A stretch of 64,000 nucleotides of DNA, from contig DASXOE010000092.1 in assembly GCA_036494575.1 (NCBI GenBank), positions 1,732-65,731 of the forward strand, read 5' to 3'. Each line of letters starts with the position of its first letter. The first letter of the stretch is position 1. A program made the translations under genes and the position numbers. The notes under the pieces are model-generated. The model was not told the DNA's origin and did no database searches. It was given only the letters and a program-made list of their open reading frames with translations. Source of the stretch: Polyangia bacterium. GTDB lineage: Bacteria; Myxococcota_A; Polyangia; Fen-1088. Below, one piece after another: positions 9,766 through 18,180 of this stretch.

Positions 9766-9995
9766 GCCTGCGGTGGCGCCGCTGCGATACGCGCGTCGGT
9801 ATCGCCACGAACGACGACGATACCGATCGTGGGTATCGACGGCGAGCGTGGCGTCGCCATACGGGCATCGCGCGGGTGAGCGGTCCGGGTAACCTGCACC
9901 GTCCAGCGTTGGTCCTGACCTTGCACGGTGGCGACGCGATTGAGGGTAGCGCTCGAGGGTTCTATTGATCATTGCATTGCGTGGAGGAGGTTCGA

Positions 9996-10808
9996 ATGAA
10001 CGTGCGCGCGCGGTTGGTTGTGGTCGCATTGTCACTTCTGGGCGGAATCTGGGCCGTGGACTGTGGGGGAGGCGACGAGCCGACCAAGGTGCCGGTCTAC
10101 ACTGCGGGAAATGGCGGCACGCAGTCGGGCGCAGCGGGTGAGTCAAGCACGGCCGGTTCGAGTGCGACCGGCACGGCGGGCGCGGCCGGTGAACATGGCG
10201 AGGCGGGAAGGACAGGCGAAGCGGGCAGCGCCGAGGCAGGGACCACGGGCGCGGCGGGACGCGACGCCGGCAGCTCAGGCGAGGCGGGCAAGGGCACGAC
10301 GGGCGCCGCGGGCAATGGCGCCACGGGAGCCGCCGGCAGCCACACCACGGGCGAGGCCGGCACGACGGGCGCGGCGGGCAGTGGCACGACCGGCGCGGCC
10401 GGCGTCGGCAATCCAGGCTCCGCCGGGAGCGGCACGACGGGCGCCGCGGGCAAAGGCGTGGGGGGGGCAGGTGGCACGACCGGAGGGGCTGGCAGCGGCG
10501 GTGGCGCGACGCGCGCTGAGGTGCAGGCCATCCTCAACTCCAACTGCATCGTCTGCCATGGCACGTCGGGGGGAATGAGCCTGGCCGACGTCTCGGGCAT
10601 CGTGGGCGTTGCCTCGAGCGAGTGCGGCGCGAAGATGCGCGTCAGTGCCGGAGCGCCGACGACGAGCTACATCGTCGACAAGCTGATGGGCGCTTCGCAG
10701 ATGACGGGCGGCTGCTTCTCAGGGATGCGGATGCCGCGCGGACGGCGGGCGCTCTCGGCCGCGAACATCGCGACGATCGTGTCCTGGATCCGCGCGGGCG
10801 CGAACTAG
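9996..10808 (+). CDS. lipoprotein with Gly/Ala/Thr-rich repeat linker and C-terminal PSCyt1-like CxxCH domain
   Basis: The ATG at 9996 is preceded by GGAGGAGG. Lipobox WAVDCGGG. Repeated G(T/S)TGAAG units. C-terminus LNSNCIVCHG ... MRMPRG ... IVSWIRAGAN matches the PSCyt1 pattern. Confidence 0.75.
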   Translation: MNVRARLVVVALSLLGGIWAVDCGGGDEPTKVPVYTAGNGGTQSGAAGESSTAGSSATGTAGAAGEHGEAGRTGEAGSAEAGTTGAAGRDAGSSGEAGKGTTGAAGNGATGAAGSHTTGEAGTTGAAGSGTTGAAGVGNPGSAGSGTTGAAGKGVGGAGGTTGGAGSGGGATRAEVQAILNSNCIVCHGTSGGMSLADVSGIVGVASSECGAKMRVSAGAPTTSYIVDKLMGASQMTGGCFSGMRMPRGRRALSAANIATIVSWIRAGAN

Positions 10809-10838
10809 GGTCGAGACGCGTCTGCGCTGTTTCGGGCG

Positions 10839-12020
10839 TCAATAAACGCCTGGGCGCGCGAGGCGGACGCGGTAGAGCTTCGAGACCGCGGAGATGTAGA
10901 GCGTCTTCGCGTCGGCGTCGGCGAAGGCGCATTCAGACACGCGGTCGCCAGGTCCGAGGCCGGGCAACGTGATCACGCCCCAGAGATTGCCCGAGCGCGG
11001 ATCGAAGACCTGAACGCCCGCCACAGTGCCGACGTAAAGGTTTCCGTCCAGGTCGACGCACATTCCGTCCGGCGTCGATTCGGTCATGGCGACGACCGTG
11101 CGCATCCCGGTGAGCCCGCTCGGCTGGACGTCGAACGCACGGATGAGACGCTGGACGTTGTAGCCGACGTAGAGGACCTCCTTCCTCGGCGAGAGCGTGA
11201 TTCCGTTCAGACCCGTGTCGACGCCCGTGTCGGTGGGCAGCGCGTACGAGAGCGCCCCTTGCGGGTCGACTCGAAGGAGCTGATGGGCGACGCCCGTATC
11301 TGAAAAAACGAGCGACCCGTCGGGGAGCGCCGCGATGTCGTTTGGATTCTGGATGGCGAGGCCTCGATAGTCCTTGATCGCATCAGACCACGTGCCGTCA
11401 TCTCCCCTGCGCGTGACGGCGCCCTTGACTTGACACTGCATGGCTCCGCATTCGGCCGTGACGAGGTGACCGGTGGAATCCAAGTCGAGCGCGTTGGCGC
11501 CGTTGCTCATCATGCGGAATGGATCGAATTGGCTCGGCGGGGTCAGCATGTAGATCGTCACTCCGTAGGGATCCGAAAGAAGGTACGACGAAAGAGCCGG
11601 CACCCATCGCGCGCCTTCGACGAAGTCAAAGCCGCCGCGCACGAGCTCGACGGTGCCCATGCCCTCGAGCGGCGACGTATGCGGCGCGTCCTCGGGCGCT
11701 TCGGCGGGCCCGTCCGCCGCGTCGGCGCTCGGCGCCGGCCGATCGGGGGTTTCGGCTGCAGTGCCGGTCCCTCCCTCGGCTGCGTCCACGGGCGCGGGCG
11801 GCCCGCCTCCGGCCGGCCCACCCTCGGGGCCGCCGTGCATCGGTGAGGAGCCGTCCGCCGCGCCGGTTCCCGACGACGGGCGCGCAGGCGCGTCATTGCA
11901 GCTCGCGGCCTGCGCGGCGAATACGATCACCAGCACCTCGATCAATCGGGAGACGTCTTTCAGCCCGCCCTGCGCGCCGCGCTGGCGCAACGTGAGAGGA
12001 CCGTCGCTGAGCTTGCCCAA
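10839..12020 (-). CDS. SMP-30/gluconolactonase/LRE-like beta-propeller lipoprotein
   Basis: Lipobox AAQAASC. Repeated propeller-blade motifs: NGANALDLDSTGHLV, PNDIAALPDGSLVFSD, LNGITLSP, PDGMCVDLDGNLYVG and TLYISA. Confidence 0.8.
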   Translation of the reverse strand: MGKLSDGPLTLRQRGAQGGLKDVSRLIEVLVIVFAAQAASCNDAPARPSSGTGAADGSSPMHGGPEGGPAGGGPPAPVDAAEGGTGTAAETPDRPAPSADAADGPAEAPEDAPHTSPLEGMGTVELVRGGFDFVEGARWVPALSSYLLSDPYGVTIYMLTPPSQFDPFRMMSNGANALDLDSTGHLVTAECGAMQCQVKGAVTRRGDDGTWSDAIKDYRGLAIQNPNDIAALPDGSLVFSDTGVAHQLLRVDPQGALSYALPTDTGVDTGLNGITLSPRKEVLYVGYNVQRLIRAFDVQPSGLTGMRTVVAMTESTPDGMCVDLDGNLYVGTVAGVQVFDPRSGNLWGVITLPGLGPGDRVSECAFADADAKTLYISAVSKLYRVRLARPGVY

Positions 12021-12088
12021 GGATCACCAATACACTAGGGATGCTGTCCTTCGCCAGCGCTGGCCCCTCCCGACGGCACAAGATGCGG

Positions 12089-13408
12089 TCAGTCGCCCGC
12101 CAACGAGCGCCACAGCTCGCCAAGCTCAGGGTCCGAGAGCGCGAGCCGCAGCTCGACGATCGAGGTGGCGCGATCGACGGAGGCGTTCTCGAGGACCCTG
12201 ATCCAAGGCGCGAGCTCCCGCCCCGCGGCCAGCGCGCGCTGCCGAAGGCGCGGCAAGGCCGATGCCCACCTTTGCGCCGGAATCTCACCGGACAAGGAAG
12301 CGCGCACCACGATCGAGGGCTCGCCCGGGCTCTGTACGACGACGCTGATCGCGTGGGGCGCCTCGTTGGAGCCGAGCGAGAGGGCTTGCCGCGCCCATGG
12401 CTCGTTCAAGTCCACGCCGCTCACGATCGCGAGATCGTCAGCGCCGAGCGCCTCGCCCTGGGCGTCCAGGCGCAGGCGCAAGGACAGGCCATCGAAGGCG
12501 ATCGCGGGCGGCTCGGCATCGCCACCTGCGTCGCGCGCGGCAGCGGGCTGCGCCGACGCGGCGGTCAGCAGCGAACCGTAGGCGCGCGGCGCCACGACGA
12601 CCAGCCCGGGCGCGGCCATCATCACCAAGCGGGTGTCGTCTTCGGCGGCCGTGGAGCCGTCCGAGCCGAACTCATCGGTTCGCGCCCGGCGCTCGGCGAT
12701 CGGATGCCCGTCCTCTACGCGCCAAGCCAGCCGCTGACCGGCGGCCTCTGCGCCGCGATTCAGGGCCGCGCGCATGTCGTCCTCGGCGAGATGATGACGC
12801 GCGGCCAGGAACGTCGACGCGGGCGAGCGCGGGTCGGGCGTCGCGATCACGAGGGTGTCGAAGGCATCGTAGAGATCGAGCTCGGTGCCCCGCAGAAGGT
12901 CGCTCATTCCTGGCACGCGCACGATGAGATCGCGCGCCGCCTGCGCGAACGGCGTGGCTTTCAGGCGATCGAGCCTGATGAAGAGCGTCAGTCGTGACCC
13001 CTCGGGACCGAAGCCCACGAGCTGCGTGACCTCTGCGGGGACGTCCGATCGTTCCGGCGGAGTCTTCGGGCCGCTCTTCGCGGGCGCTTCTTCGCTCTCG
13101 CGCGGGTGAGCCCGCGGCGCGGAGCGCGGACGCGGGGGCGCGCGCGGCGGAACCCGTGAGCGATTCTCGTGGTCGCGCGCCGCTCTCGAGGACGCGCGAT
13201 CGAGCTCCGCGCCCACCGTGGGCGCTCCGGCGAGGATCGTGACCTCGACCGGACCGCTCGTGGGCGCGCGGCGGAGCGTGACGGCGAGCGGCACCGCGTG
13301 AAGCGCCACCGACACGAGGACGCCCGCGCCCCAAATCCATCGTTGCTTGTGACGCCAATGAAATATTCGAGGCGTCACGCGTTCATCCTGTCGCGCGTCG
13401 GTATGCAT
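12089..13408 (-). CDS. membrane-anchored hypothetical protein
   Basis: Preferred ATG at 13408 (MHTDARQ...). N-terminal TM segment WIWGAGVLVSVALHAVPLAV, a Pro/Arg-rich linker, then a ~330-aa domain of ordinary composition. No family recognised. Confidence 0.6.
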   Translation of the reverse strand: MHTDARQDERVTPRIFHWRHKQRWIWGAGVLVSVALHAVPLAVTLRRAPTSGPVEVTILAGAPTVGAELDRASSRAARDHENRSRVPPRAPPRPRSAPRAHPRESEEAPAKSGPKTPPERSDVPAEVTQLVGFGPEGSRLTLFIRLDRLKATPFAQAARDLIVRVPGMSDLLRGTELDLYDAFDTLVIATPDPRSPASTFLAARHHLAEDDMRAALNRGAEAAGQRLAWRVEDGHPIAERRARTDEFGSDGSTAAEDDTRLVMMAAPGLVVVAPRAYGSLLTAASAQPAAARDAGGDAEPPAIAFDGLSLRLRLDAQGEALGADDLAIVSGVDLNEPWARQALSLGSNEAPHAISVVVQSPGEPSIVVRASLSGEIPAQRWASALPRLRQRALAAGRELAPWIRVLENASVDRATSIVELRLALSDPELGELWRSLAGD

Positions 13409-13620
13409 TCTGTTCACATTTCGGAGCGACAAAACGCCGCACCTCTTCGGGGCGACATTCCAATGCGACAAATCGCCGCAACGCTTTCGAAAAAATACCA
13501 TTGCACGTCGACTTCGCTTGCCACGGTTGTTTTCCGATCGCAGTATGCACACCACGTCGCTGTCGTTCAATCCGGTTCCAAACGAAGTTTGGGCCCAACG
13601 CCAAAGGTTGCGAGGTCGCA

Positions 13621-16600
13621 ATGAAAAGTCCAGGTTTGTCCCGGTGGGTGGTTTTGGCAGGTGTCATCTCGACGGCAGGCTTGACGGCCAGCGCGGCCCT
13701 CGCGTCGCCGCTGCTGATTTACACGCGGTGGGTCGGCGATCCCGAGCTCGACCCGCGTAATCCCCCCGGCGGTTTCATCTCGTATTGCGACTTCGGAACA
13801 CAGGGAAACGCGAGCGTCTACAACTGCGTTCCAAACCAGAAGTTCGACTCCCCGGACGGCGCGGACGACATTCCGTCGCTCCCCGATCCTCTCGGGGGCA
13901 TCGGCGCGCTGGATCTCAACGGCGACGGGAAGCAGGACTTCCTGGCGCTCACTGGCGTGGAAGCCGGACAAATGTGGGCGCTCGCCGGCTCGGTGGAGTT
14001 CACGCCGGGATTCGGCTCGGTGGCCGTGCACGTCCCGCCCGCGTTGTTCCCGGACGCCAGCGCCGATCTGGGCAGCAAGACCAACGCCGTGGGCTTCACG
14101 GTGGCCTCGGGCTCCGATAAGAAGCCGAAGCTCTTCGTCGCGCGAACGACGAACGGCACGGATCTGATTGTCGACATCTTCAATGTCAACGGCGGCGTGC
14201 CCACCTCCGTGCTGCTGACGGTTCCCGGCATGAGCACGGTGTCGCGCTCGGCCGGCGCCGACTTCCTGGGCTTCACGGCGGACGACGAGGACGGCGACGG
14301 CGTCGCCGAGCTGATGGTGGCGCACGCGGCGCCGCCCGGCACGGACCACACGCTCATCAACGTCTTCGACATCAATGGCGCGCCCCTTCACACGGTGACG
14401 CTGAACCTGGATCCGGTCGCGAGCGACAGGGCAGTCTCGACCTTCGACGAGACCTACGTGGGCGGGTTCGCCCGCACGCAGATCGTCAACGGCAGCGGGC
14501 GGGAGTTCGTCATCCTGACGGTCGACCATTCGCCGACGACGCTCGGACCCCGGCCGGGGTTCCCCATGAAGTTCACGCTGTGGCGGTTCGACGGCAACGG
14601 GGCGCTCGTGGCCAGCTTGCCCAACCTCCTCAGCGTGCCGTTCTTCTCGGGCGCCGTCGTCATGGGCATGACCGGCATGACCGGCAATGACGACAACTGC
14701 AATGGCATAGACGAAGACGGCAACGGCAAGATCGACGACGGCTACGTGGTTAAGACGTCGACCTGCGGAGTCGGCAGTTGCCAGGTGACGACGAGGTCCT
14801 CTTGCGTCGGCGGCGTCGAGACCCCGGCGGCCGTCTGTCAACCGAGACCGCCGTCGCCGGAACGGTTGAACGGGTTGGACGACGATTGCGACGGCGTCGT
14901 CGACGACCTTCCCGATCTCGCGGACTGCAATCCGGGCCAGACCGATTGGTGGTGTTGCCCGGGCGGCGCGGACGTCCATTTCGTCGTCAACTCGACGAGC
15001 GACACGCAGGACGAGGCCACGGCCGCCACGAGCTGCCTCCCCGTGGGCGTCGCGCCAGCCAACGCGCTCTGTAGCCTGCGCGGCGTCGTGCGGCGCGCCG
15101 AGCAGCTGCGCCAGCGTGACAACCATCGGCCGGCGTGCCGCGTGGTCGCCCAGCTGACCCCGGGCGACTACCAGATGAGCCGAAACGATGGCAGCTCGTT
15201 CCTCAACTTCGGCGGGGGCATCCTGACGCTCGAGGGCGCGGGAACCGCCGCCAATTCCACCGTGATCGAGCCGGCGCCAACGGCCCCGGCGGGGCGGCTC
15301 ATGTGGACCGGCCTTCAGGTCAGTGAAGCCGTCGCCAACCAGCTCGGCGAGCACAGCCCGCAGCTGACGATACAAAACCTCAGGATGCGCGGCGGAGACA
15401 GCGGGGACGTCTCGCAAGCGGGCGGCGGGGCGGTTGCGATGCTCGCCCCCCAGACCGGAGCCGTGCTCACGATCCAGGATTCAATCTTCGATCAGAATCA
15501 ATCCCGACAAGAGGGGGGCGCCGTCCAGTTCTGGACGAGGGGTACGCTGACCGTCCAGCGCAGCGTGTTTCGGAACAACGAGACGAGCGCGGCGCTCGTC
15601 AACGCCCGCGGCGGCGCCATCTCGGCGGCCGTTGGCGCCATCGTGCACATTGAAGACTCGACGTTTGTCGGCAACTTCGGCAAGTTTGGCGGTGCGATCG
15701 CGCTCGACCAGGTCTCGTCGACTCTCGTCAACGACACCGTCAGCCAGAACGCCGGCGGCGTCGATGGCGGGGGCGTGTTCGCGAATGGAGGGACTCTGTC
15801 GTTGCGATTCAACACCCTCTTCAACAATGCCATGGTTTCGACGGACGACGGTCCGCGCGCCGGCGCAGGTCTATTCACCATCGACACGACGCTGAGCGCG
15901 TTTGGCAACATCATCGCCGGCAGCGACTTCTTTCCGGTGCCGGGCTTCGACACGGCCACCTCTCCGGATTGCTCCGTGAGCTTCGTCAGCGTCCCGCGCG
16001 CCGTGACGTTCGGATCGAACTTGATTGGTGCCGGCGGCGGCGACTGCGCGTTGATCGGCGCGCCCAACGGGCTTCTGATCGGCAGCGCGACGGCGCCGGT
16101 CAAAGCGCAGGTCAACCCGTTGCCGGCTCTACGCGGGCCGAACGACATCCTCTGCAAGGCCGGCTTCCCGAAGGGAAGCAACGCCAACTGCGTTCCAATC
16201 TGTAACGGCATGGCGACCTCCGCGAGCTGCGTCAACGTGCCCCAAACCACCGCGCCCTTGAGCCCGGCCATCGCGGCCTTCCCCACGGGGGCGTCGCCCA
16301 GCGGCGCGGACGACAGCTGTCCGCTCGATGATCAGCGCCTCTTTTCGCGCCCCGACGCGCGTTGCACGCTGGGAGCGATCGACACGAATGCCACGATGTT
16401 GGCTCTCGGCAACGGCAACATTCAGTTCTCGATTCGGCTTCCCGGGCCCGCGGCAGCCTACGTCGAGGCCTTCGCGCGCCAGAACGGCGTCCAGAACGTC
16501 TCGGGCGACATCCGGTCGAGTCAAGTCGCCAACGCCGACGGCAGCTTCACCTACAGCAAGATCGTGTCGGGCAGCAGCTACCACACGGGCGATCACGTCG

Positions 16601-17034
16601 ACGTGAGGTTCTACTACTATCGAGCCAATTCGCCGGGCATCTTCGTGCCCGGACCGAGCAGCACGGTCTGGTACCCGGCGACCACGTACCGGCGGACGAC
16701 GGCTACGCCCATCCCGACCATTTGTCGGCAGACGAATGGCGACATGCGGTTCGCGTTGACGCTGGGCTCGCACCAGGCCTATGTCGAGGCGTTCGCCCAG
16801 CAGAACGGCGTCCAGACGGTCTCCGGCGCGATCACGAGCTCGGCGGTCGTCAATGTCAATGGCACGGTCACCTACACGCGCTTCGTGCCCGCGAAGAGCT
16901 TCAAGTCGGCCGACGTGATCCGGGCGCGCTTCTATCATTACGAGGCGAACGCCGCGGGGACCTTCGAGCCGGGGCCAGGAGAGCAGATCTTCTATCCGAG
17001 CGTCGTTTACAGCTCGGCGCCCGTCTGTCCGTAG
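13621..17034 (+). CDS. large secreted mosaic protein (FG-GAP/VCBS-like, MopE-like metal-binding motifs, parallel beta-helix repeats, duplicated C-terminal domain)
   Basis: ATG at 13621 with signal peptide MKSPGLSRWVVLAGVISTAGLTASAALA. Has DLNGDGKQDF and DEDGDGVAELMV (FG-GAP-like), then NDDNCNGIDEDGNGKIDDGY and LDDDCDGVVDD (myxobacterial putative metal-binding motif). GGAV/GGAI-containing beta-helix turns recur. Two ~94-aa tandem repeats lie at 16408-16689 and 16732-17010. Confidence 0.85.
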   Translation: MKSPGLSRWVVLAGVISTAGLTASAALASPLLIYTRWVGDPELDPRNPPGGFISYCDFGTQGNASVYNCVPNQKFDSPDGADDIPSLPDPLGGIGALDLNGDGKQDFLALTGVEAGQMWALAGSVEFTPGFGSVAVHVPPALFPDASADLGSKTNAVGFTVASGSDKKPKLFVARTTNGTDLIVDIFNVNGGVPTSVLLTVPGMSTVSRSAGADFLGFTADDEDGDGVAELMVAHAAPPGTDHTLINVFDINGAPLHTVTLNLDPVASDRAVSTFDETYVGGFARTQIVNGSGREFVILTVDHSPTTLGPRPGFPMKFTLWRFDGNGALVASLPNLLSVPFFSGAVVMGMTGMTGNDDNCNGIDEDGNGKIDDGYVVKTSTCGVGSCQVTTRSSCVGGVETPAAVCQPRPPSPERLNGLDDDCDGVVDDLPDLADCNPGQTDWWCCPGGADVHFVVNSTSDTQDEATAATSCLPVGVAPANALCSLRGVVRRAEQLRQRDNHRPACRVVAQLTPGDYQMSRNDGSSFLNFGGGILTLEGAGTAANSTVIEPAPTAPAGRLMWTGLQVSEAVANQLGEHSPQLTIQNLRMRGGDSGDVSQAGGGAVAMLAPQTGAVLTIQDSIFDQNQSRQEGGAVQFWTRGTLTVQRSVFRNNETSAALVNARGGAISAAVGAIVHIEDSTFVGNFGKFGGAIALDQVSSTLVNDTVSQNAGGVDGGGVFANGGTLSLRFNTLFNNAMVSTDDGPRAGAGLFTIDTTLSAFGNIIAGSDFFPVPGFDTATSPDCSVSFVSVPRAVTFGSNLIGAGGGDCALIGAPNGLLIGSATAPVKAQVNPLPALRGPNDILCKAGFPKGSNANCVPICNGMATSASCVNVPQTTAPLSPAIAAFPTGASPSGADDSCPLDDQRLFSRPDARCTLGAIDTNATMLALGNGNIQFSIRLPGPAAAYVEAFARQNGVQNVSGDIRSSQVANADGSFTYSKIVSGSSYHTGDHVDVRFYYYRANSPGIFVPGPSSTVWYPATTYRRTTATPIPTICRQTNGDMRFALTLGSHQAYVEAFAQQNGVQTVSGAITSSAVVNVNGTVTYTRFVPAKSFKSADVIRARFYHYEANAAGTFEPGPGEQIFYPSVVYSSAPVCP

Positions 17035-17105
17035 TCGCAGACGTATCGCCCCGACCATCGGACGATCGACTATCGGACGATGGACGATATGATTGTCTTG
17101 GCCGC

Positions 17106-17579
17106 ATGAGCATGTCGATCACGAGGGTCACGTTGTTGGGCGCCCTGGCATCCGGGCTGGGGCTCCTCGTCACCACGACACAAGGGTGTGACGGCACTGC
17201 TGGGTCTGGGGGCCCCGCCATGGAAGCGGGCTTCGCCGGCGCGACCGACGCGAGCGCGACGGACGCCGGCGCGACGGACGCCGGCGCGATGGACGCCGGC
17301 GGCGGGGACACGACCGATGCGGGCAACGCCGGCGCGGCCGGCGTTGCGGGCGGGACCTCGGGCACGGCTGGCTCGACGCCGGCGACCTGTGACACGACGT
17401 GCGCCAAGGCCGACGCGTGCTGCAACGCGATCAACGTCACCTACGACCACGGTGCGGACAAGTGCGCGTACGCGACGATGTGCGCGGCCGGGCAGGGAGC
17501 GGATGCCTGCGCGATGTATTTGCAAGTCCTGCCGCAGCTTCTGCTGCCCGGAATGCCGTTGCCGGCCGCGTGTGAGTGA
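17106..17579 (+). CDS. small Cys-rich lipoprotein, hypothetical
   Basis: ATG at 17106. Lipobox TTTQGC, a repeated (T/M)DAGA linker, and a Cys-rich C-terminus TCDTTCAKADACCNAINV...CAAGQGADACAMY. Confidence 0.6.
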   Translation: MSMSITRVTLLGALASGLGLLVTTTQGCDGTAGSGGPAMEAGFAGATDASATDAGATDAGAMDAGGGDTTDAGNAGAAGVAGGTSGTAGSTPATCDTTCAKADACCNAINVTYDHGADKCAYATMCAAGQGADACAMYLQVLPQLLLPGMPLPAACE

Positions 17580-18180
17580 TCGTCAGGCCTGGTCAGTCGG
17601 GCTCAGTTGCCCTTGCTGATCGAGTACTTGATCTTGAACGGCGCCGCGGCGTTGGCGGCGGGCGTGATGGTCAAGGGGTACGCGTCGGTGCCCGAGAGCG
17701 TCCGTTCGTCCTGCCGCTCCGGCTAGGCCAGCGCCGCTCTGCCCGCCGGCGCCGGCCCCCGCATGGCCGCTGCCGGCGCCACAACCGATGGCGCCGATGA
17801 CGAGGTGCGCCAGGATGATCCGAGCCACGCGGGTTCATGCCATCCGTACGACACACTAGACGAACCCCGCGGACGTGAGACGCCGCTCAATCCGATCGAC
17901 AGGCGTTGAATCTGACGTTTGACACACGGCAGAGGTGTGGAATAGAAGGATTCCGACCTTCATCGGGAAAAAATTGCTCGTTCCCGGGCTTCCCAGACCA
18001 CTAAACAGAGATGAGCTTAGCCCGCGAACCTTGGCCGCGGTCGCGGGAGTTACGATTCGGCCATCGCGGACAAACAAGACAAGACCAGACAGATAAAGAA
18101 AAGACGCGACGCGTGCCTGCCCGGAGCATCTCGAATCGCCCGGTTTAGTACGTAGCTCGTCCTTAGAAGGAGTGCCCCCT

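Noticed and set aside
10150-10500. Recurrent GGCACGACGGGCGCNGCGGGCA-type DNA repeats, considered as a minisatellite or CRISPR-like array.
   Set aside because: They lie in frame inside the 9996-10808 CDS and encode the G(T/S)TGAAG low-complexity linker. There is no repeat-spacer architecture.
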